This document shows positions 1-11,054 of a DNA stretch of 64,000 nt, piece by piece. The stretch lies in contig JBNRSN020000189.1 of the NCBI GenBank assembly GCA_051313645.2, positions 558,001-622,000 on the forward strand. Direction: 5' to 3'. A program made the position numbers and the translations under genes. Each line of letters begins with the position of its first letter. Positions within the stretch are counted from its first letter, which is position 1. Source of the stretch: Centroscyllium fabricii. Taxonomy: Eukaryota. The notes under the pieces were generated by a model. The model had not been told where the DNA came from. It searched no databases and was given only the letters and a program-made list of their open reading frames with translations.

Positions 1-621
1 CCTGAAACAGAAAAATGAGGCTTTTGATAAATGTCAGGTTCATAACACAATAGAACCCATCATAACCACCATCAAGCAGAATAGAGAAAGTGAAAAGGAG
101 AACTGGCTGACATGATGACGACGAACTGAAGGCGCTTGTCATCATTCTAACTTTGAAATTGATTGCAATTTCAGGATTTAGCGCATGCGCTGCCTATCCC
201 GGAAATCTTGAACTTGCAGTCTTTCACTGCTCCACACACGCTGTGCTTCCCCGCTGACTGTAAATTCCGGGCTAATAAGAGGGGCAAATAAAATGAGTGT
301 GTATGAGAAAAGATCAGGAGGTAACAAAAGAAACAGATGTATGTCGGAGACGGATCTCCCAACAAATAAATCAGCCAACTCGGAGAGCCAACTGCACAAC
401 AACTGATCTTTAAAATTCAAACTCCAATAACCTTCTCAACTTAAAATGCCCGTGGAACACGCGATGATATCACACTTGGATATAATGGGTCTGTTTTCCC
501 TCTCTCTTAAATAGGAGGGGGATCCTGCAAGTTAAAGGGGATTTTACATGAATTTTCTATGTACAGAAATGTATTGCCCGATGTGGAATTGCCACATGTG
601 CCCCCCAGAATTGTAACTACC

Positions 622-732
622 AATTCATTACAACAGTGCACTACACTGCAAAAATACTTCATTGACTGTAAAGCGCTTTGAGATGTCAGGTGGTCGTGAA
701 AGGCGCTATATAAATGCACGTCTTTCTTTTTT
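622..732 (+). mobile_element. 3' tail fragment of a Deu-type (SacSINE1-like) SINE
   Basis: Tail 'tgtaaagcgctttgagatgtc...tgaaaggcgctatataaatgcacgtctttcttt' is the reverse complement of the tail of the longer SINE copy at 6400-6868. Confidence 0.75.
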
Positions 733-2260
733 CTGCACGTCCGCTGCTTTCAGGAATCTGTGGACATACACTCCAAGGTCCATTTGTTCCTCTACATTTC
801 TCAGTGTGCTATCATTTATTTTGTATTCCCTTGCCTTGGTAGCCCTCCCCAAATGCATTACTTTACACTTTTCCAGATTGCATTCCATTTGCCACTATTC
901 TGCACAACTGACCACTCCATTGATATATTTCTGCAGTCTACAGCTTTCTTCCTCACTATCAACAACATGGTCAATTTTTGTATCATCAGCAAACTTCTTA
1001 ATCATGGCACCAACATTGAAGTCTAAATCATTGATATATACGACAAAAAAGCTGTGTAACAAGTACTGAGCTCTGTGGAACCCCAGTTGGTACAGCCTTC
1101 AAGTCACACAAACACCCATCGAGAATTACCCTTTACTTCCTGCCACTGAGCCAATCTGGGATCCAAATTGCCACTTTCCCTTAGATCCCATGGGCTTTTA
1201 CTTTTTGAACCTACCTGTCATGTGGGGCCTTGTCAACGGCCTTGTGGACTACATCAAATGCACAAACCTCAACGATCCTCCTCGGTATCTGCTCAAACAA
1301 TTCAAGAAAGTTAGTCAGACACGGCTTTCCCTTGACACATTCATGCTGACTGTCCTTGATTAATCTGTGTCATTCTAAATGTGGAGGTAAACTGTCCCAC
1401 AGAATTATTCCAATTTTTTTCCACCACTGAGGGTATGCTGACTGGCCTGTAAATGGTCAATCACTTTCTGCCTTTGTAAACAATGTTAGCAGAAATTCAG
1501 TCCTCTGGCACCACAGCTGTAGCTAGAGAGGATTGGAAAATGAGGGTCTGAGCCTCCGATATTTCCTCCCTTGCCTTTAGGAGCCTGGGATACCTTTCAT
1601 CCTAGCCTGGAGATTTATCGACTTTCAAATAGGCAAAAGCCCTTAATATATCCTCTCTCACTATGTTTATATCATCTATTATTTGACACTCCTCCTTACC
1701 TATAATGTCTGCATCATCCCTCTCTTCTGTGAAAGCAGATGCAAAGTATTTATCCAAAGGCAAACCCACATCTTCCATCTCCACACACCCATTATGTTTA
1801 GGTCTCTAATAGGCCCTATTCCTTCCTTTGTTATCTTCTTGCTTTGTATGTGTTTATAAAACATCTTTGGGTTTTCTTTGATTTTACTTGCCAATATTTT
1901 ATAATACCCCCTCTTTCCTTTCCTACTTTCCTTTCTATTTTCAATCCTGCACTTTCTATACTCCTCTTTGCTTTCTGTAGTAGTTAGCACTCGGTATCTG
2001 ACAAAAGCTACAATTTTATTCCTTATTCTACTCTGTATGCTCCTTGAAATCCAGGGGGTTCTAGATTTAGGAGTCCCAACATTTTGCTTCGTGGGAACCC
2101 TCACTATCTCCTCCCTCAATGCAGCCTACTGCTTTTAAACAGGAAGTCCCTTCAACTAGCTGTTTCCAGTCCACTTTTACTATCCACATCTCAGCTGAGT
2201 AAAATTGTCCTTTCCACCAATTGAGAACTTTTACACCTGATCATTATTTGTCCTTTTCCA
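733..2260 (-). mobile_element. Degraded CR1 LINE ORF2 fragment (linker to RT)
   Basis: Minus-strand peptides KCKVMHLG, DLGVYVHRFLKAA, YFASAFTEE, LKVDKSPG, IKENPKMFYKHI; multiple stops and frameshifts. Confidence 0.85.
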
Positions 2261-2640
2261 TAAGGGGAGATTTAACATAGATACGTAAAATAATGATCGG
2301 TTTTGATGGAATAAGTAAGTCGAAACTGTATGTAGTAGCAGAATGGAGGGTAACCAGAGGACACAGATTTAAGATAATTGGCAAAGGAACCAGAGGAGAA
2401 ATGAGCAGATTGTCCTTTACGCAGTGAGTTGCTGTGATCTGGAATGCACTGTCTGAGAACGTGCAGGAATCAGATTCAATAGTAACTTTCGAAAGGGAAT
2501 TGGATAAGTAGTTGGAGGGGAATTTTTTTAAGTGCTCTGGTTAAAGATTAGGATTAATCACATAAATCTTTCAAAGAGATGGCATGGTCAGGATGTGCCA
2601 AATGGCCTCATTCCGTGCTGTGTTATTCTCTGATTCTATG
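2261..2640 (+). mobile_element. CR1 LINE 3' end fragment
   Basis: RGDL..YKI- and TRGHRFKI-like sequence, ending in the CR1 tail 'aaatggcctcattccgtgctgtg...gattctatg'. Confidence 0.75.
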
Positions 2641-2834
2641 TGTAAGTGACAAAGTGAGTTAGGATGGCGAGAGAGTGAGAAAAATAGAAAGAGACAACTA
2701 AAAATAGAGACAGAAAGACTGGGAGAGTTACTGAGGGAAATAAATTAATATTAAAAGGGGAATTGGATAATCCACATTTTCCACATTGTCGGATAATTAC
2801 ATCTACCCGACTAAGTAGAAAACTGCCAAGATAC

Positions 2835-4232
2835 GTCCGGTCCACAAAAAGCAGGACATTTCCAATCCGGCCAATTACCACCCCATCGGTCTACACTCAA
2901 TCATCAGCAAAGTGATGGAAGTTGTCTACAACAGCGCTATCAAGTGGCACTTACTTACCAATAACCTGCCCACTGATGCCCAGATTGGCTTCCACCAAGC
3001 CCACTCGGCTCAAGACCTCATTTCAGCCTTAATCAAAATATCGATGAATGAGCTGAAATCCAGAGGTGGGGTGAGAGTGGCTGCCACAGACATCAAGGCA
3101 GCATTTGACCGAGTGTGGCATCAAGGCATCCTGAAGTCAATGAGAATCGGGAGGGGGGTAAATTCGCCACTGGCTGGAGTCATACTTAGCGGAAAGGAAA
3201 ATGGTTGCTGTGGTTGAAAGTCAATCATCACAGCCCCAGGACATCGCTGCAGGTGTTCCCCAGGGCAGTGTCCTAGGCCCAACCATCTTCAACTGCTTAA
3301 CCAACGAGCTTCCATCCAGCATGAAGTCAGAAAGGCGGATCTTCGCTGATGACTGCATAGTGTTCAGTGCCATGCACAACTCCTCAGATACTAAGGCAGT
3401 CCGTGCTCGCAGGCAACAATACCTGGACAACGTTCAGGCTTGGACTGATAAGTGGCAGGTAACATTAATTCCACAGACGTACCTGGCAATTACAATCTCC
3501 AACAAGCGTGAGTCTAACCATCACCCCATGGCATTCAACGGTATTAACATCATAGTGTCACGCACCATCAACATCCTGGGGAGTCACAATTGACCAGAAA
3601 CTTAACTGGACCAGCCACATAAATACAGTGGCAACAGGAGCAGTTCAGATCGTCGGTATTCTGTGGCGAGTTTCTCACTTTCCGACTCCTCAAAGACTTT
3701 CCACCATATACAAGGCATAAGTCAGGAGTGTGATGGAACACTATCCACTTGCCAAGATGAGTGCAGCTCCAAAAACTCTCAACACTATCCAGGACAAAGC
3801 AGCACATTTGATTGGCACTCCATCTGCCAGCTTAGTCATTCGCTCCCTCCACCAGCGGCGTACCATGTCTGCAGTGTGTACCATCTACACGTTGCACTGC
3901 AGCAACTTGCCAAGGCTACTTAGGCAGCACCTCCCCACTCACAATCTCTTCCACCTAGAAATACAAGGGCAGCAGGCGCATGGGAACAGCACCACCTCCA
4001 GGTTCCCCTCCAATTCACATACCATCCTGACTTACAAGTATATCGCCGGTCCTTCATTGTCACTGGGTTAAAATTCTTGAGCTCCCTACCATACTGCACA
4101 GTGGGAGTACTTTCACCACAGGTGCTGCATTGTTTCAAGAAAGTGTATCACCACCATCTTCTCAAGGGCAATTGGTGATGAATAATAAATGTTGGGCTTA
4201 CTAGCACTGCCCACATTCGATAAACGAATAAA
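2835..4232 (+). mobile_element. 5'-truncated CR1/L2-group LINE (RT to 3' UTR), degraded
   Basis: ORFs with DIKAAFDRVWH, GVPQGSVLGP, IFADD; 3' end 'aataaatgttggg...cccacatt...gaataaa'. Confidence 0.85.
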
Positions 4233-4259
4233 CAATTGAAGGGGAACAAGTTGCCTGAA

Positions 4260-4600
4260 TATGGAAAATGATCAGGTGTGTCCATGGTGGGATTTGAACA
4301 CAAGGAGGAGAATATTAATATCGAGGCATTGCTGAATCGGGAACACATGTTGGTCAGTGAGCACAGGGGTGCTGGGTAAATGGGACATGATGCATGTTAG
4401 GATATGGGCAGCAGAGTATTGAATGAACTCTAGTTTATGGAGACTTGTAACTGGGAGGCTGGCCAGGGGCGCATTGGAATAGTCGAATCTGGATTGAACA
4501 AAGGCAGGAATGAGGATTTACCCAGTGGAAGGGCTGTGGTGGGGTGAAGATGGGCAATATTTTGGAGGTGGTGGTAGACAGGACCGGTAGTTCACAGGAT
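4260..4600 (-). mobile_element. Old L2 LINE fragment
   Basis: Minus strand reads SRFDYSNAPLASLP..LHKLEFIQYSAAHILT, matching the L2 SRLDYCN..LQ..QNSAAR motif. Confidence 0.7.
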
Positions 4601-4731
4601 AACAGATCTAATTGCTGGATATAGAGAGTCAACAGTGAAAGCTACAGCAGCAAAGGGGAAGTGTAACTTAGAAGAATAATGATACAGTTAGCCAATATTT
4701 TCAGAGTTAATAGTTGGGTGCAGAGACTTAC

Positions 4732-4795
4732 CAGGAACAGCAACAGCAGCAAGGAGGGGAGAGTAAATGACAAGAGCAGAAATGCATTTAAACAT
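4732..4795 (-). other. Duplicated exon-1 end (MFKCISALVIYSPLLAAVAVP+G) with its own ATG and intact GTAAGT donor
   Basis: ~100-bp tandem copy of the exon/intron junction; 64 nt = 21 codons + 1, same phase as the main donor. Confidence 0.55.
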
Positions 4796-4829
4796 AGTTT
4801 ATAGAATTAATAGCTGGAGAGAGACTTAC

Positions 4830-5052
4830 GAGGAACACCAACAGCAGCAAGGAGCGGATAGTAAATGTATTGAATGACCTGAAGTGCGTAAGTAATCCGG
4901 AGAGTTAATGACATTTTATCATAATACGCAGAAAGCATGTAAAACGCCATGCTGAAACTCCTGCCCATTGTCGTAACATTCCAATCTACTGTTCTCAGAT
5001 TCTGATCCATTGTCATAACATTCCAATCTACTCTTCTCAGATTCTGATACAT
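4830..5052 (-). CDS. First coding exon of a GPR139-like orphan class A GPCR (type expanded in chondrichthyans): N-terminus plus start of TM1, phase-1 intron
   Basis: ATG at 5052; 74 codons MYQNLRRVDWNV...LRITYALQVIQYIYYPLLAAVGVP + C, then perfect donor GTAAGT (4829-4824); IYYPxLAAxGVP followed by an intron is the exon-1 end I recognise for this family; TATA box about 130 bp upstream. Confidence 0.8.
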
Positions 5053-5086
5053 TGTTGTAACGTTCCAATCTACTGTTCTCAGATTT
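4966..5086. repeat. 42-bp tandem repeat x ~3 across the GPCR 5'UTR and N-terminus
   Basis: Unit cattgtcgtaacattccaatctactgttctcagattctgatc; minus-strand in-frame ATGs at 5052, 5010 and 4968. Confidence 0.9.
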
Positions 5087-5178
5087 CAATTCCCTCTCGG
5101 TGGAGCAGCGCTGATTCCAGTTCGTGCCGGAGGAGATGCTCTCACTGACACTATGGGAGAACACATTGAAAGGACTCC

Positions 5179-5188
5179 CTTATAAATA
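5179..5188 (-). promoter_or_regulatory. TATA box of the GPCR gene
   Basis: TATTTATAAG on the minus strand about 130 bp upstream of the first ATG. Confidence 0.55.
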
Positions 5189-5215
5189 GAAGAGGGAAAC
5201 ACTGCACTGATACAA

Positions 5216-5632
5216 TTAGCGTCCATGGAGACTGATATTAATTACAGTCACTGAACAAACAGATTCAGTTAACCCGTGGAGACTGATGTTAATTACAGTC
5301 ACTGAGCAAACAGCTTCAGTTAACCCGTGGAGACTGACATTAATTACAGTCACTGAACAAACAGATTCAGTTAACCCGTGGAGACTGACATTAATTACAG
5401 TCACTGAACAAACAGATTCAGTTAACCCGTGGAGACTGACATTAATTACAGTCACTGAACAAACAGCTTCAGTTAACCCGTGGAGACTGACATTAATTAC
5501 AGTCACTGAACAAACAGATTCAGTTAACCCGTGGAGACTGACGTTAATTACAGTCACTGAACAAACAGATTCAGTTAACCCGTGGAGACTGACGTTAATT
5601 ACAGTCACTGAACAAACAGCTTAGGTTAACCC
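5216..5632. repeat. 51-bp tandem repeat x ~8 immediately upstream of the TATA box
   Basis: Near-identical units gttaacccgtggagactgacattaattacagtcactgaacaaacagattca. Confidence 0.95.
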
Positions 5633-5679
5633 CTTTCAATCCAACACCTTTTGTACCCCAGTAAAGTGGAACATTTACA

Positions 5680-7525
5680 CAGCCTGGACGGGATGTATGA
5701 GGGTTGTTGAGAGAAGGAATGGTGGAAATAGCGCAGGCTCTGGCCAGAATATTTAACTCCTCTTTGGATACGGGAGTGGGGCCAGAGGACTGCAGGTTTC
5801 CAAATGTTACGCCTTTCTTAAAAAAGGAAAGGGATAAATAATGTAACTGCAGGCCAGTCAGCATAATGTTGGTGCTGGGTGAAATTCTGGAGGCCATATT
5901 CCAGTACAAGATGATGTCTTCTCGAAAAACATGGATTAATAAATGCCACCCAGCGCAGATTGTTTAAAGTCCAGTCTGTCTGAAAACACTCGATTGCGTT
6001 CTTTGATGAAGTAATGGAGAGGGTTGATGAGGGTAGTGCGATTGATGTTGTGTATATGGAATTTCAGAAGCTGTTTGCTTAAGTGCCAGTTAATAAACTT
6101 GATAGAGAATCGGAAACCCGTGGGAATAAAAGGGTCTGTGGCTGCGTGGGTGCGATACTGACAGAGAGATGGATAACAGGGTGTAGTGGTGAACGGTTGC
6201 TTTATTGACAGAAAGGAATTGTGCAGGGCTGTCCCCCAGGTGTCGATATTAGGGCCAGTGCTCTTTTTGCTAGACGTTAATGGCCTGTCATGATTTCAAA
6301 GGTTGGAGCTGACATGCAACTCCGAAATGTAGTGAACAGTGAGGAGTGTAGCAGACCTCAGGACCACATAGACAGGCTGGTGAAATGGGCAGACACATAA
6401 AAAAAGAAAGCCTTGCATTTATATAGCGCCTTTCCTGAACACTGGACATCTCAAAGCGCTTTACAGACAATGAAGAACTTTTGGAGTGGAGTCACTGTCG
6501 TAATTTGGGAAACGCAGCAGCCAATTTGCGCATAGCAAGCTCCCACAAACAGCAGTGTGATAATGAAAATATAATCTGTTTTCTTGTTATGTTGATTGAA
6601 CAATAAATATTGGCCAGGACACTGGCGTATACTCCCCTGTTCTTCTTTGAAATAGCGCCATGGGATCGTTTACATCTACCTGAGAGAGCGGATAGGGAAT
6701 CGGTTTAACATCTCATCCAAAGAGCCCCTCCAACAGTGCAGCACTCCCTCAGCACTGCACTGGAGTGTCAGCCTAGGTTTATTTGCTCAATCCCTTGGAG
6801 TGAGACTTGAACCAACAACCCTTCTGACTCACAGGTGAGTGAGCTGCCCACTGAGCCACAGCTGACACACGGCAGATAAAAGTTAACAGAGAGAAATGTG
6901 AAGTGACACATTTTAGGAGGAATCATGAGGAGAGGAAATATAAAATAAATGGCACAATTTTCAACTTGGGAGTTTATGTGCACAAGTTTTGTAAGGTGGC
7001 AGGACAAATTAATAAGATTTAAAAACACATACACGATATTTGGCTTGAATATAGTGGCATAGATTGCAGAAGCAAGGAGGTTATACTGAACATTTACAAG
7101 TGTAAGGTCTGAGCTGGAGTATTGTGTTCAATTCTTGGAGAAGTTGCAGAGAGCAGAAGATTAAGGGGAGATTAAAGAGATGTGTTCAAGGGTGTGGATA
7201 GAGTAAATAATGCAAAATTGTTTCAAGTGGCGGAATGTCCGATAACCTGATGACACAGATTTAAGATCATTGCCTAAAAGAACCAGAGGGAAGATGAGCA
7301 GAACATGTTTCGCGCATCGAGATATTATGATCTGCAATTGACTGCCTGAAACCGGACAGAGGCAGAGGTTTTAGTAACTGTAAAAAGGGAACGGGATCAA
7401 TACAGGAAGGATGAGATGTGTAGGGCTACATGGAAAGAAAAGGATAGTGGGACTAAAGGAATAGCTCTATTAAAGGGCCAGCAAATGCTCAATGGACCGA
7501 ATGGCCTCCTTCTGTGCTGCATAAT
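5680..7525 (+). mobile_element. Old degraded CR1 LINE (RT to 3' tail), interrupted by a SINE
   Basis: DVVYMEFQK-like and VPQ..ILGP-like motifs; tail 'ggaccgaatggcctccttctgtgctg'. Confidence 0.8.
6400..6868 (-). mobile_element. Near full-length Deu-type (SacSINE1-like) tRNA SINE
   Basis: Minus-strand A box TGGCTCAGTGG, B box GGTTCAAGTC, and tail aaggcgctatataaatgcaagg; flanked by a gacaca duplication in the host CR1. Confidence 0.8.
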
Positions 7526-7720
7526 CCCTCAGTAACAATCCTAATGTCAGACCAAAAAGGATTGTCACTGTCCCCAGTTCACACTCACCCTCAGTAACAT
7601 TCATAATGTCAGAGCAATATGGACTGACGTGTCTGCATTTCCCACTCATTCCCATTAAAGACCTTAATGTCACAGCAAAAAGGATTGCCACTGTCTCCAT
7701 TTCACACGCACCCACAGTAA
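7526..7720 (+). repeat. 62-bp satellite, segment A
   Basis: Unit consensus cagtaacaatcctaatgtcagagcaataaggattgacactgtctccatttcacactcaccct. Confidence 0.85.
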
Positions 7721-9049
7721 CATAGAAACATAGAAACGTAGAAGATAGGGGCAGGATTAGGCTATTCATCCCCTTGAGCCTGCTCCACCATTCAATGAGA
7801 TTATGGCTGATCATCCAAATTCAGTACCCTGTCCCTGCCAACTCCCTTTCTCCCTTGATCCCCTTAGCCTTAAGGAATATATCGAACTCATTCTTGATTA
7901 TATTTAATGAACTGGCCTCCACCGCCCTCGGTGGCAGATAATTCCACAGGTTAACCACTCTCTGGGTGAATAAATTCCTCCTTATCTCTGTCCTAAATTG
8001 CTTACCCTTTATATTTAAACTATGACCCCTGGAATCCCCGTCCATCGGGAAGATTCTTCCTGCATCTAGTCTGCCAAGATCGGACAGAATTGTATAGGTT
8101 TCAATGAGATACCCTCCCAGTCTTCTAAGCTCCAGTGACGATTAACCCAATCGACACAATCTCTCCGCATACATCATTCCTGCCATCCCAGGTATCAGCC
8201 TGGTGAATCTTCGCTGCACTCTTTCCATGGAATGAATGTCCTTCCTCAGATAAGGCGACCAAAATTGCGGTGTCACCAAGTCCCTGTACAGCTGCAGCAA
8301 GACATCCTTGTTCCTGTACTCGAACCCTCTTGCTACAAAGGCCAACATGCCATTTGCCTTCTTAACCGCCAGCTGTACCTGCATGCTTACCTTCAGCGAC
8401 TGGTGCACAAGAACACCCAGCTCTCTTTGCACTTCCCCTTCACCCAATATATTGCCATTCAAATAATAATCTGCCTTCCTGTTTTTGCCACCAAAGTGCA
8501 GAACCTCACATTTATCCACATTATAGTGCATTTGCCATTGTTCTGCCCAATCAGCCAACCTGTCCAAATAGTACTGGAGTTTCACGACATCTTCCTCAAA
8601 GCATACCCTCCCACCCAGCTTTCTGTCGTCTGCAAATTGGGAGATAGTACATCCAATTCCCTTGTCCAGATCATTAATATATATTGTGAATAGCTGGGGT
8701 CCTAAGACCGATCCTTGCGGTACCCCACTAGTCACTGCTTGCCACTCGGAAAATGATCCGTTTATTCCAACTCTTTGCTTTCTATCTGCCATCCAGTTCT
8801 CTATACAAGTCAATGCCTTGCCCCCAATCCCATGTGCCTTAATTTTACACGCTGATCTCTTATGCAGGAATTAATTGAAAGCATTCTGAAAGTCCAAATA
8901 CACCACATCCACTGGTTCTCCCTTATCTATTTTACCAGTTACATCCTCAAAATATTCCAGTAGATTAGTCAAGCACGATTTAGCTTTCGTAAATCCATGT
9001 TGACTTTGGCAGATCCTGTCACTGCTTTTCAAGTGCTCTGCTATTACAT

Positions 9050-9570
9050 TGAAACATATAACATTGTAAAGGGTTTGGATCAGGTGGACGCGGGGAGGAT
9101 GTTCCCAATGATGGGTGAAGCTAGAAATAGGTGGCATAATCTTAGAATAAGGGTCTGCACTTTCAACACTGAGATGAGGAGAAACTATGTCACTCAGAGG
9201 GTAGTAGGTCCATGGAACATGCTGCCCCAAAAACCTGTAGAAGCTACATCATTACATAAATTTAGAACAGTAATAGACAGCTTCCTAGTAGTAAAATGGA
9301 TTAAGGGTTGCCGGGAGCGGGCAGGAATTTGGACATGAGCTAAGGTTCAGGTACGTCATGGCCCTGTGGGTAGTGGAGCGGGCCCAGGGAGCGTGCAGCC
9401 TGATCCTGCTCCTGTTTCATGTGTCTAATTCTGTTAGATTCTGGAGATGGTTCTGCGATAGTAGATTGGTGGTTAGGATCAGATCAGCCATGATCTTATT
9501 GAATGGCGGAGCAGGCTCGAGGGGCCGATTGGCCTACTCCTGCTCCTATTTCTTATGTTCTTATGTTCTT
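9050..9570 (+). mobile_element. CR1 3' fragment (double-tail family) nested in CR1, TSD acat
   Basis: YNIVKGLDQVDAGRMFP...; (ttcttatg)n tail; same family as 23540-24041. Confidence 0.85.
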
Positions 9571-9773
9571 ACATATTTTATAATGGAGTCTAGCATTTTC
9601 CACACTACCAATGTCTATAATTCCCCACTTTTTCTCTACCACCTTTTTTGAATAGTGGGGTAACATTATCTACCCTCCAATCAATGGGTACTGTTCCAGA
9701 GTCTATCGAGTTCTGGAAGATGACCAACAATTAATCTACTATTTCAAGGGCTACTTCCTTTAGTACCCTAGCA

Positions 9774-10725
9774 CAGGGGTCCCCAACCTTTTTGGCTCCG
9801 TGGCCCATTTTGAGGTTCGCAATTTTTTCGTGGCCCGGCGGAGGGGGGGGGGGGGGGTGCTGGCGGGGGGGGGTGCTGGCGGTGGGGGGGGGGGTCGGGT
9901 TCGGGCGGTCGGACGGCATGGCGGGGCGTGGTGCTGTTCCGGCTCCGGCCTGCTGGGGTGCAGTCTCTTCGCTCTCGTTCGGGGGGTTCGGGTTCTGGTG
10001 GGCGGCATGGCCCTTCTCTCAAGATGCTTTTTGCCGGTGTTTGGCACAAAGGAAACACTAAAGTTTGGTGTTTCCTTTGTGCCAAACGCTGGCGGGGGGT
10101 GTTTTGGGAGAGGGGTCATGCCGCCCACAGGGGCCAGGGCCTCCCCGGTGGGAGTGGAGAGATTGTGTTTCAGTGGGCTGGAGCTGGGGTGGCGCCGCAC
10201 CCGGTCGTGCCGTCTGGCCGCCCGAGCCCGACCCCCCACGCACCCCCGTCGGCCCCCCTCCCCCCGCCTGCAACACACACACTTCCATTCGGTGTCCATC
10301 TCCCACGTTTCTCCGCTTAGTCCAGCCTAGTGACTAAACTGAACGATTAAGTGGAGAAGGGCAAGAGATGAACACCAAACAAAAGCATATGTACTACTGG
10401 CGGGGGTGGGGGGGGGCGGCGGGGGTGCACAATCATGTTCTAGCCTTGCGTCTGTGCCTCGAGCACCCTTTCTCTTCACCGCTTGCGTCGTGACGTCACG
10501 ACGTGGGCGGTGAGGGGGGGGCGTTCGGGGCACAGACGCAAGCCCTACGTCTGTGCCTCGTGAAACGGCTTCCGTCTGTGCATCGTTGAATGAGGCACAG
10601 ACGGAAACAAGCGGTCCAGCCAAAAAAAAGCGTTATTTAAGGAGGAAGCGCAAATCGTTCCGCTGCCCGGTAAAATTGTCCCGCGGACCGGTGCCGGTCC
10701 GCAGACCGGCGGTTGGGGACCACTG
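9774..10725. mobile_element. Non-autonomous hAT (Charlie/Buster-type) DNA transposon, 952 bp
   Basis: TIRs CAGGGGTCCCCAACC / GGTTGGGGACCACTG; perfect 8-bp TSD ccctagca (9766-9773, 10726-10733); GC-rich interior without a transposase. Confidence 0.92.
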
Positions 10726-11054
10726 CCCTAGCATGTAGGTTATCAGACCCTGGGGATTTATTGCCCTTCAATCACGCCAACCTCCTCAAAACTATCTCCC
10801 TACAAATACTGTTTTATTTCAGTTCCTCACGCACATTAGTTCTTATGTTCCCCGAAATCTCCAGGACGTCGTTTGTGTCCTCTTTTGTGAAGACAGAACC
10901 AAAGTATGTAGTTGATAGGTTGGCCATTGCTTTGTTCCCCATTATAAATTCCACTGATTCTGACTGCAAGGGACCTACGCTTGACTTCACCAATCTTTTT
11001 CTCTTCACATGTGTATAAAAGCTTTTACAGTCAGTTTTTATGTTCCCTGCAAGC

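Larger units (their letters stand above)
7721..11054 (-). mobile_element. 5'-truncated CR1 LINE inserted in the satellite (taaca duplication); hosts two insertions
   Basis: (catagaaa)n tail at 7721; RT ORF 8142-8813 with GVPQGSVLGP, YINDL, FADD; satellite resumes 'taacaatcc' at 11055. Confidence 0.9.

Noticed and set aside
293-406. Short plus-strand ORF MSVYEKRSG.. with a possible GTAACA donor
   Set aside because: 37 codons, weak donor, and no downstream exon or recognisable protein
5216-5624. 17-aa repeat ORFs on both strands
   Set aside because: Consequence of a stop-free 51-bp unit; no ATG or splice support, and it lies upstream of the TATA box
9731-10738. Cluster of Pro/Gly/Arg-rich ORFs and CpG-island-like composition
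   Set aside because: Interior of a non-autonomous hAT element bounded by TIRs and a TSD; no transposase motifs
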